Assembly: GCF_009914755.1 (NCBI RefSeq) | Contig: NC_060934.1 | DNA length: 64,000 nucleotides | Direction: 5' to 3' (one strand) | Source: the human T2T-CHM13v2.0 reference genome, Homo sapiens | Part shown: piece after piece, positions 52,623-64,000 of the stretch | Layout: every line of letters begins with the position of its first letter | Numbering within the stretch: position 1 is the first letter of the stretch | Made by a program: the position numbers and the translations under genes | The notes under the pieces: model-generated | What the model saw: only the letters and a program-made list of their open reading frames with translations | The model's database searches: none | Told to the model about the DNA's origin: nothing

Positions 52623-53410
52623 AGCTGGCAGGGGAACGGAAGAGAGCAAATGAGGAAGTGGGATCCCAGCTGGGACTGCCCCAGAGCACTGGGCTTTGGC
52701 CTTGGATCCCCTGGCGATCTTCCCCTCTCAGCGACAGGCAGCGAGGAGGAAGATCATTGGCTTCTCTTAGGGCCTGTGGCTGGAGGGAAAGTCAAGTTCA
52801 GGTGAGTGGGGAATGCTAGGGGATTTCCCTGGGGATCAGCAGGGAAGGCAGCCACATCCACACTCACTCAGAGCCGGCTGCTTCTAAGCATCAAGGCCTG
52901 ATGCCGATGGTGCATGAGAGGGGCCCCTAGGGGCAGCCCCTGGGATCCCCCCAATGAAGGGCTGCTCCTGCAAATGAATGAATGGAGTGGGAGGCCACGG
53001 AGAACCTTCCAGGGCTGGTTGGCTGGGAAGTCCAAGCTTTTGCAACTGCAAGGGCCCTCAGCCCTGTCACACCCAGTGACCCCATTTGCTTATCAATACA
53101 ATATTTTTTAAAAAGTCTTTTTACTGTTTTGAAATTGCAACCCAAAATTTATTTTTAAATCTATGCAGTGCAACAACTGTGACATAAGGAATCAGTAGAG
53201 TCCATTTCTCTCTGTGAGGAATCTTCAGGAACTTAACCACTACAATATGTACTGACATAGGTATGCTGTGTTCATGATTTATATACTTCTGGGGGCATTA
53301 ACATTATTAATCTGATTTTACAAAATTGTCAACAATTCTTGGCCAAGTTACAAACAACACACACAAAAAGTCTACCCTTGATTGACAACAAAATGTACGA
53401 GAAAATGTCA

Positions 53411-53583
<173 letters not shown>

Positions 53584-53879
53584 ATGCCTACATTTGTCTG
53601 CAAAATTTGTGTTTGGGCTGAGATCATTACCTGTGGGTTTTTCACCTGTATGAATGTTCAGCTGTATACTTGGAAATCGTCTAGGACATGGGATGATTTT
53701 TCACTTTACAGGGCTGACATAAGCAAAGTGGAACGTCTGACCATTAAACTTTAGTAGTGTTCCCCCAATTATTATGATATTGGGGGAGTTATTATGATAA
53801 CCCAACTATTCCTGACAGGGAGGAGGGAAGACAAGGGGCCAAGTGTTTATGGATTGGCTATTCATAGTGGCCAAGCATC

Positions 53880-54060
53880 ACGTATAGCTGTTAACATATT
53901 TTTTTTATTCAAGCCTTGCAGCACCTCTAATTGGTGCATATCCTGGTATTCATTTTACAGATGGAGAAAGTGCGGCTCTGAGAGTTAGGTAGTGCTTAAG
54001 TGTGCACAGCCTGTACATGGAGAAGTATGAATTCTAATCCAGGTCTGTTTTAATCCACAG
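53880..54060 (-). mobile_element. MIR
   Basis: cattttacagatggagaaagtgcggctctgagag. Confidence 0.65.
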
Positions 54061-55058
54061 TCAGACGTTAACAACGATGTACTAATGGCGAAGGGAAAAA
54101 AGCAGCGGTTCCTGGTCAAATCTCCTCTAGAAACTCGAAGAAAGGGAAGGGGCAGGTGGTTTTGTTGGTCTTGTTTTGTTTTGCTTGGCATGGCTTAAGA
54201 GCTGCTCCTTCTGGAGGTAAGAATTAGACACTAGACCAGGTGATTTCTTGGGGTCGATTCTAACCCAATGAATTTATGTTTTTGTGAAAAATGTTAACTT
54301 TAAGAAATAATTTTCAAAAGTAGACACTTTGGACGGTCAATCACCTTTTTTTTTTTTTTCTGAGCTGCATATTTCTGATGTTTTCGGTGCACAAGTTGCC
54401 AGCAGGAATTCATCCCTCTGAACGTCTGTCATTTGGGTTTTGGCTTCTGCGTTTGTCAGATGTCCCAGGTGCCGTCAGGTGCTGGGTTGTGTCAGTGGTG
54501 ACTGACCTGAGATGTGAGGTCTGCCTTCTTTTTGTTTGGGTATCAGTCCCAACAGCCACTTGGCCTCAGCGCTCTGTCACCAAGTTCTGCACTTGAAGTC
54601 TCTCTCTCTTCCCCAACAGGAAGTGGCCTTGGGCGGCCCAAGCGCTGTGTTACTGGGCTGCGGGCCGGTACTTGGGAAGAAGTCCTCCGCAGTTCAGCAT
54701 CCCAGGATGCATCTAGCAGATTTGCTGCCTCATTTGAGGACTCAGGACACACAGGTCCCTCCACTGCTGTCAGCACAGCTCACCCACACCTGCTACACAC
54801 CTGTCACTCCTGCAGCACCAACACCCCCCAGAGGAGCCTCCCAGGGGAGAAAATGGAACCACCAACAGGTTCTCCTATGAGAGCGTGGATCCAGAGAATA
54901 TCCCTGAGCTTATTTCAAATATTAGTTCCAAAGGGCTAGAACTGCAGGGCTTAGAACAATCAATATAAAGATCGTGTTAAAATCTACTGGAAAATATGAT
55001 TCAAATTGCAAAAGCTGAATTTTCATATTCTGCTTATCAAGAGTGTATTCAGGGAATC

Positions 55059-55988
55059 ATGGGAGAAAATTTTTGCAATCTATCCATCTAACAAAGGTCT
55101 AACATCCAGAGTCTACAAGGGACTTAAACAAATTTGTAAGAAAAAAAGATAAGTGGGCAAAGGACATGAACAGACACTTCTCAAAAGAAGACATATATGT
55201 GGTCAAAAAACAAGTGAAAAAAACCTCAATATCACTGATCATTAGAGAAATTCAAATCAAAACCACAATAATGTACCTTCTCACACTAGTCAGAATGGCT
55301 ATTACTGAAATGTCAAAAAACAACAGATGCTGGTGAGGTTGTGGAGAAAAAGGAACACTTTTACACTGTTGGTGGGAATGTAAATGAGTTCAACCATTAT
55401 GGAAGACAGCATCGTGATTCCTCGAAGACCTAGGGGCAGAAATACCATTTGACCCAGCAATCCCTCTACTGGGTATGTACCCAAAGGAACATAAATCATT
55501 CTATTATAAAGATACATGCACACGTATGTTCACTGCAGCACTATTCACAATAGTAAAGACGTGGGATTAACCTGAATGCTCATCAGTGACAGACTGGATA
55601 AAGAAAATGTATATATAAACCATGGAATACTATGAAGCCATAAAAAGGAATAAGATCATGTCCTTTGCAGGGACACGGATGGAGTTGGAAGCCATTATTC
55701 TCAGCAAACTAATGCAGGAACAGAAAACCAAACACTGCATGTTCTCACTTATTAGTGGGAGCTGAATGATGAGAACACATGGACACTTGGGAGGAGCAAC
55801 ACACACTGGGGCCTGTTGTGGGTAAGTCATGGAGGGAGAGCATCAGGAAGAATAGCTAATGGATGCTGGACTTAACACCTAGGTGATGGGATGGTCTGTG
55901 CAGCAAACCACCATGGCACACATTTACCTATGTAACAAACCTGCACATTCTGCACAGGTACCCCAAACTTAAAAGTTGAAAAAAAAAA
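55059..55988 (+). mobile_element. 5'-truncated primate L1 (old L1PA/L1PB1-like): ORF2 tail, 3' UTR, poly(A)
   Basis: tgggagaaaatttttgcaatctatccatc...gcatcaggaagaatagctaatggatgctgg...gtaacaaacctgcaca; TSD 55039-55058 / 56033-56052. Confidence 0.92.
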
Positions 55989-56971
55989 TCAAGGTATAGT
56001 TCACCCTTCCCCTGCCCCCCACTGCAAAATAAAAGAGCATATTCAGGGGATCTTTAGAATTTAGAGAGACTTTCAAAAGCTGCTTAGTACAATAACATTT
56101 ATTGCATAAAGTGAAGCATAAATATTGGCATTGTGACTGTGAACTATTAAAAACGTACCCAAGTAAGCTGTGAATTTGGTTTCAGAATTCTAAATTAAGT
56201 AGCTTTGAATGAGATTTCTCCTAAAGCATTGGTTGTGTATTATATGCAGGAAGTCATTGGTTAGTTTTCTTCACATTTTATCTATTTACCCTTATTCTGC
56301 TGTATTTTTAAAAAATCATATTTGTTTTGTAGCTTTATTCCAACCTTTTGTTAGTTTCTGTGGGTCGGCCCCATCAGAGTTTTGTTTTCCCCGACTGCCA
56401 TCTAGAGGCCAACGGGAGTAATTACAGACACTAGACTTCCCAGGTAGGAAAGGATGGTGGAGACCGCAGGGCCATCAATTCATCTTTCCCGCTCTGCTGC
56501 CTAAGGGATGGTTTGCATGCCTGACTCTTCACGAATACTTTCATTCTGAGGTTGCAAGGTCTAGCTGGCCCTTCCACACACTCTCCTTTGGCTCCCTTAG
56601 AAGAGCATAGCTTGCCTCTTTAGATGTCTCATCTGTTTCAAGCTTCTGCCCAAGGACTTTATTTAATTAAAAAATAAAACAAAGCCATTCATTTCATTTC
56701 ACGCTTCTAGGGAGGCAGCCTCGCCTTGGGAGCCCACGCTGTAGTATTTCAGGTGACTTTAGCCCCTGGAGGAGGTAGGTGTCACTTTGTGGAATCTTAG
56801 ACACTTAACAGGTGGAAGGAGCTTTGGAGACTGTCTAGCAAGTGATCCTCAGCCTAGAAAATGGGTTTTCTCTGGCTCCAGAATTGCAATCAATTAGCAG
56901 CCAATCTTTCCCCCAAGTCACAGGAAGAAAGTTAATAAGAACGATTTTCTCAATTCTGAGTTTTCTCCCAC

Positions 56972-57336
<365 letters not shown>

Positions 57337-57716
57337 TAACTGAATAGGCAACAGATGACTCTTAGGTGAGACCCTGGGACAGACGAACTGTGATCAACAG
57401 CTGCCCCTCTTCCCCTCCAATGGCTCAGGTCCCTTGTTTGGTATTTGGCTATAAAGATAAGGCCTATATTTCCCCCTCTCTTTGCTGGAAAAAATTCTTT
57501 TTATTTCTTATCCTAAAGTTAATTTATTTAGAAATTATTCTAAATTTATTTAGAAATCCACAATGTGCTGAGTAGGTCACATTGCTACATGCACCGAGTG
57601 GCATGTGGGGCTTCTATCATCCAGATAGCGTGAGAATCTGGTGGCAGATCCCCTTATTCCACAGAGGAAGCGGATAAGGCCGAGAAGGGTGAGGTGAGTA
57701 CAGGGACAGAGCTGGG

Positions 57717-58149
57717 TCTGGAGTCCTAATTAGTAAAAAGGAGTCAGGCTGGTGGGAGGAGGGGAAAGCAAAAAGGGGAAACAGGTAAGCTGTAAGTCTG
57801 CCTTTCTTCATGGTCCAGACACACAGCCCTCCTGTGCAAATAACTCACAATCTTCCTGTGCCCAGGTATCACCAGACACCTGCAAGTTGGCTCACTGCAA
57901 CCTTGGCGTTGTCAGTACCACACACAGCCCTCTCCAGCACACAGCACAAGCACTGTCCTATAAAATCCCCAGCAAGCCTCTGCCTCCTGGCTATCAGCTG
58001 CTCTTCTGCTGGCTGCCTGTTGCCTTCTTGCAACATATTTTCATGCTTTTTTTAAACAAACAAATCTGCCTTTCTTTATCTACAACTGTCTTGGTAAATT
58101 CTTTTACCCCCATGCCACCGGTCCAGATAATTGTGGCTCGCCCGCAACA
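57717..58149 (+). mobile_element. Solo ERV1 LTR (MER83-like)
   Basis: tggagtcctaattagtaaaaaggagtcaggctgg...ctataaaatcccc...cgcaaca; ctgg near both ends. Confidence 0.78.
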
Positions 58150-58539
58150 CTGGTCACTAGAAGAGCTGGGACCAGGGCCCTACTCCCATCACACTTGGCC
58201 CAGTGATTCTCCTTCTGAGACTCAAGCTCTTCGAGGTGCAGTTCCAATCACTAGGACACTTTCCTTTCGTTGAGGAACATTGTCTCTGGAAACCACCTGG
58301 TAAAAAGAGCAAGTGCAGCACTTTGCTCCCATGCTCAGGTCAGCAGGGAGTGTGGCTCAGCACTCGGGCAGGCTGTCCCCTCCCTCAAGGAGCAGAGACC
58401 AGGCTCAAAGGAGAATGTAGAGTGGGCAGAGCTGCTTCAGAAGTTGCGGTCATCAGGGATCAGGGTGGTCTGGAGCCTGTGTCCCTGGTGATGAGTGTAG
58501 GGGACCCACATGTGGAAGTTGTGGCCTCTGAAAGGAAAA

Positions 58540-60450
58540 GCCAGATCCAGCATTTTCCTTAACGGTCACTAATGACCTCTGCACTGCTAGATCCAATGGC
58601 CATTCCTCTGTCCTCATTGTCCTGGGCTTCAGCAGCTGGGGTGTGTTGATGGTCCCTTCTCTTTCATGATCTTTTTCCCCTTGGCATCCGGACGCCACCT
58701 TCTCTTGGTTTTCCTCCTGCTCCTTGGTCACTCTGCCTTCTCTGCTGTGTCATTCGCTGCACCTTAATCTTGTAATGTCACAATATCTTTGGACTTGCAA
58801 AAGGAAAATAAAATCCCTGGACCCCAAACTCACCATGCCAAAGGGAAAAGTGAATCTTGGCAACTGAGTTATGCTGAAACAAACAAACAACAAACCAACA
58901 ACTGCCTTCCTTTTTTTCCTAGATAGCTGTAATTTCACATGCTTACTTTATCTTCTGTAGAATGTAGATTTACTGAGCACAGACAAATGCATAATTGACC
59001 TCCCCTTTTCACATGTAAAATGTGGATTCAGTGTGTACTAATCAGTGTTCTTTTTGCCAACCCTCCCTTTTTTTCCTTTCCTCCTTCCTCTCCTGCCCAT
59101 TCTTTCCCTTTTAAACACTGAAGTTGTCAAAACCCTCTTTGGACAAAAGCACAGGCTACATATGTTCCTGTAACCTGCGTGTGTGTGTGTAATTTTTTCC
59201 TGAGCTCATCCTCAACCTTGGCAAAATAAACCTCTAAATCAGTTGAGATTTGCTGCAGTTCCTTCTTGGTTTCCAGCCTCATCACTTCCTCATCTCCCCA
59301 CTGAGGCCTTATCCTGTCCCTTGTCTTTAAACATCTGTTTATCTACACATAACAACCCCTGCATGTCCATTGCCAGCCCTGAACTTTCTCCCAAAGTGCA
59401 CACACATTCGTCCAAGTCCCTCCTTGAGATGGTGGCTTGGATGTCTAGGAGACGTCACACCGATGTGTCCAAATTTCCCCCAGATCTGCTCCGCCCACAG
59501 GTTCCCCCATTCCAGGTGTTGGTGGCTCCATTGGTCTAGCTTCCTAGGCTGAACATCCTTGACTCCTCTTTCTCTCACACGGCACACTTAATCCACCAGG
59601 AAATCCTGTTGGTTGTATCTTTAAAATACACCCAGAGTCAGACCACTTCTCCCACCTGTCTGCTGCCCCGGGTCACAGTGGCGTCATCATTTCCTGGCTG
59701 TGGCAGAACCTAGAACATTCCACCTGGTCTCCTGCTGTGACTCCTGCTACTCCTAAGGGTTCTCTTCAAAACTGCGTCAGGACAATCCTTTCAGAGCAGC
59801 TCTCATGGCACTCCTTCTCTCTCTGAGCCCTGCAGTGCTGCCCTTTTCCTTCAGTGCAGAAGCTGGCATCCTTCCCTGGTGTGCCAACCCGGTCCCCTGA
59901 GATACAGATGCCCGAGGGGTGGGGGGGGATTCAGTGAGCGAGGCTTTTCCGAGAGCATCTGCCCAAGAGAAGATATCAGGAAGGAGGGAGGAGGCTGAGG
60001 GAGGCATCAGGTTGGGATGCAGGTCAGATCTCCAATGCAGGAGAGAGAGGGAGAGTCAGGTGGGACAGTCCCAGGCTGCAGTGAAGCCTCAGGACGTAAT
60101 CTCTGCAGAGCAGTCTGTGTCTCCCAGGAAAGGGCCTGCCTCATGGCCCCTCTGCGCTGTGCTGAACCTTTCCCATAAGACCCGTGCCAGCGCCATGCTG
60201 AATATTTCAATCTGCACCTCCTGCCCCTGCATTCCTAATGCCCCTTGACTGGCTCTTCCTTTCTTCTTCTTGTTATAGCACATCCTGCCTTCTAATGTGC
60301 TATACAATCTACTCATTTACTATGTCTGTTTTAGTTGTCTGTGTCTCACCTCTAAAGGCAGGGATCTTGATTTTGTTTATTAATATAGTCCAAGTAATCA
60401 GAACAGTGTCTGGTGCATAGTAAGAACTCTGTGAGTAAATACTTGTTGAA
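58540..60450 (+). mobile_element. L2a, interrupted by a MER4C-like LTR and a further LTR-like piece (about 59880-60180)
   Basis: ggtcactaatgacctc...tccaatggccattc; catccttgactcctctttctctcacac; gaacagtgtctggtgcatagtaag...aatacttgttgaataaatg. Confidence 0.8.
58796..59275 (+). mobile_element. Solo ERV1 LTR (MER4C-like)
   Basis: Homologous to 18453-18947; TG...CA termini; TSD gact/gcct. Confidence 0.82.
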
Positions 60451-60453
60451 TAA

Positions 60454-60798
<345 letters not shown>

Positions 60799-60963
60799 TA
60801 ACCTAGCAGTTCTTTCTCAGCCTCACATTTTGAATTGGGATGCTTCGTATTGATGGGATAAATAATGATAACTTTGGTTTATTTTATCGAGCCTCTACCG
60901 GGTGTCATTTGCTTACTTCACATGGACACACACTCATCTCCCTAATACCCCTCAAGGGACACA

Positions 60964-61433
60964 TGGTCGGCAGCGTTGTGTGGGCCTCTCCCACAGTACT
61001 TGGGTTTGGTCTGTGTGGCCGTCAGAACACAGAAGTGAAGGTTTGTCACTGCCCAGGCTATTCTGCAAAAGCTATTGTGGCTTAATCCCTTGCTCTCTCT
61101 GGAATCACTCACCGTGGGGAAAGGAAGCCAGTTTCCACACCATGAGGACGTTCAAGTGAGCTGTGGAGAAGCCCGGGAGGTGAGGATTGGGGGCTCCCTG
61201 TCTGCAGTCCTGTGAATGCACCATTGTGTAAGCAGGTCCTCTGGGCCCAGTCATGCCTTCGAATAACTCTGGACTCAGCCTGCCCCTTGACCGCTGCCTC
61301 ATGGAGGTCCTGCGCTGGAGCTAAGCTGTTCCCAGATTCCTACCCTGCAGAAAACTGTGTGAGGCTGCACGTGTTTATTGTTTTAAACTGCTAAGTTTTG
61401 GGTCATTTGCTAGGCAGCCACAGTAACAAATAC
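60964..61433 (+). mobile_element. Solo MLT1F-like LTR, inserted in a MIR
   Basis: gctaagctgttcccagattcctaccctgcagaaaactgtg...ttgttttaaactgctaagttttggg...aacaaataca. Confidence 0.75.
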
Positions 61434-64000
61434 AGTAGGTATTACTATTATTATTATACATTTAATTTTAGAAGTAACAAATCAGAAGTTCACAGAAACT
61501 AACCTGCCTAAGGTCACGCAGGTAAGAGGAGGCAGGGCAGGGTTGGACACCTCAGAGGGGCTGGAGCACGCTGGGCCCCCCAAGCCACTTGAAGTTGAAG
61601 AGCAATTCCACATTCCATGTATACCCACGGTGACAGGTGGAAAAGCCTATGTTTGTTAATTTCACCAGAAAGATGAGGCTTATTTGCAGAGCGCAGAGGC
61701 CGGGTCATTAGGTAACAGAACCTCCAGCACAGCTTAAAAACCAAACCACACACTTGGTTTAATCCGAGTCCCTATCCTTGGGCTTGGAATGCCCAGCTAT
61801 CCATCTCTGTAAAACAACATCAGGCAAAAAGAATTCAAAAGCTGCCCATCCCAATAAGCCCATACCTCTACTCATTTGTAATAAAGCCAATCTTGCTTTT
61901 ATTTCAACTTGGACAGAGTTGGGATCCAGGTTTGTGGCTGTGTTTGCTTGCAGTAACCAAGGATTTAAAATCTCAGTGATGCAATCTTCCCTGTTGCACC
62001 TCTCATTTCTAAATATGCCTCTATATGGCAAAGCAATTAAGTCATTTTGTTTCAGCTTCTGATTTTACTCTTCTGAGCCCAATGTTTTTGCAACGTTTAT
62101 TCAATGGAGTTATAAAGAAACCTCACCTGAATCACCTTTTAAATGAAAGAGTCGCTAACCCTTTGTGGTGCTTTATCTGCGCAGTGGGAGTGAGGGTAAC
62201 GAGTAGCAGCAGGAGCTGGAAGGCCTCTTCCCTCCCTCCTCCCCAGGAGTCTGGGCTCTCAGCTGGAGGCCACTGTACCATGGCAACTTCCATTTCAATG
62301 ACATTATTTCTAATGAATGACTGCCCGAGGGTTTACAGGGTGTTTCTGGCCCCAGCTCAGTGTAACCAGCAGGAGTTGGGAGCGGGACGATTTCCTGTCC
62401 CCTCACCCAGTGGTTTCTGCTTCACCATGAAAGATCACAAGAGTATTTGATGTTGGTTCTTGGGACAGAAATCGGTTAATTAAAATCAGTAAGTGTTTGG
62501 ACAAATTGAATGCAAGCCACACATTGTTGGCAGAGCACAGGTACCAGAAAGGCAGGCAGAAGTCGGCCCCCAGAGAGCACAGATACAGGAAGCCCCTCTC
62601 TTCAGTCAGTCCCCCAGTTCATCAGTAATGAGAGCAAACGCAACAGGAGAGACAGAAACACAGCAACAAGCCATCTTTTCCTTCCGGCCAAACCTCCCTG
62701 ACTCTCCTGGCGGCTCATCTCCCAACCTGAAAGGCTTATCGCAGAGCCTAGATGACTGGTTTGATTTTTGCTCGTTCTCTTCCTGCACCAAAAGGTAGAC
62801 AGAGATTGAGAGAGGGAGAGAGAGGGAACAGAAAAGAGAGCAGGGGGTCTGAATAATCTTTAAAGTAGGTAATTATCAATACGCATCAAGAAACTTTATC
62901 ATTGTCCCAAGAATGAAGGTGTTAATGATGTTTGAGTTGGAGGAACGTGCTCACCAAGTTTTGTCTTTTTGAGACCCTCTTCTTTTGGAGGTCTGGCCTC
63001 CCTAATGGACTGACCCTCTGTGTCAGTCCCAGGGAGGGAAATGGAGATCCCCCCCGGGACTTAAAGTAGCCATTCTTCTAGTTGCAGAGCAATCAAGATA
63101 CCTTTTCATCAAGGAAATGAATGAGGTTAGCACTCACCTTCCATTGCTGGGGCACAAAACAAGCGTGCCAAGGCCTTCTTGAGCTCAAGTTTATAAGATT
63201 CATGAATAAAAAAATGTGTCTTTCTGTTGAGTGCTATAGTGGTTTGGGAGGATCATAGTCAAAACATTCCTTATTAGAAAGGGCCTATTAAACACAGCCG
63301 GGGCCTTCACAAAACGTAATGTGAATATGTTTCCTGCAATTTGCAAGATGTATTTAAATATGTGTATAGACTGTTTAATTTTCTGCATGCCTGAATATCT
63401 TCACTTGCATACAAATTCTCTATTGTAATTGGCCAGGGAGGCTAATTACAAACAATTTATAAATTGAAGTGTTAACTACGTGTTTGGCACAGAACTAAGC
63501 CAGGAACACATTACCCAGTGCTCGAGAATGGAAATACAGACAGGCTGGATCTGAAGACTCAACTGGGGTGTGACATGTGGATGGTGGATCTTGAGGGCCA
63601 GCCCCTAGATCCACATGCAGAAGGAGACGTGCCATTTACATGGTCAACCGCACACCAGCCAGTGACTATTTTGAATGGGTTGCTTTGCATTTTATGACAC
63701 GCATGCATTTAGTGATGTGAGATATTATAAGGCTGGCTTTCATTTCAAAGGCAGTTATTTAAACATACTTAACCTGTATAATTCTTCCCTTTGCTATTTA
63801 GATAACTGAAAGATTGAAATTGGGAAATGGAATTTTCTTAGAGCTAGGAGAGATCTTACATACGATTCACCATTTTACTCTGTACATTTTTCTAGGTGGT
63901 GTGTCTGAGGATGAGAGGAGGCAGGAAACCATCAAAGGGCATACAGCTTGTTTGGGACAAGGAGAAAAGCAGTGGGATGGGGGTGTCAGCCCTTCTCACA

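Noticed and set aside
54378-54939. GC-richer stretch with overlapping ORFs as a coding exon or CpG-island promoter
   Set aside because: It has few CpGs, low-information translations and no recognisable homology.

Overview
This is primate (probably human or another catarrhine) non-coding genomic DNA, intergenic or deep intronic. Well over half of it is transposon-derived: about 45 Alu elements or monomers, MIR/L2/L3 relics, several L1 3' ends, about 10 solo LTRs and DNA transposons. I found no credible cellular protein-coding exon, rRNA, tRNA or CRISPR array, and nearly all supplied ORFs are Alu or LINE translations. The only protein-homologous segments are fossils. They are a 5'-deleted class I endogenous retrovirus (integrase, env, PPT and 3' LTR at about 27.5-30.9 kb, with the env TM region still open), an ERVL internal relic with a YIDD motif, L1 ORF2 tails and a probable Tigger transposase fragment. 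Two small-RNA retrocopies are present: 7SL and a tailless U2 5' fragment. I saw no evidence of a novel biological system. The most interesting signals are retrotransposition and repair oddities read from target-site duplications (TSDs): a candidate L1 3' transduction, a three-arm Alu in one TSD, a templated insert in an AluJ, and multi-layer nests. Candidate LTR-derived or unique-sequence regulatory elements are also listed. Repeat family names come from recalled consensus sequences, not a database search. Boundaries are approximate unless a TSD is quoted.
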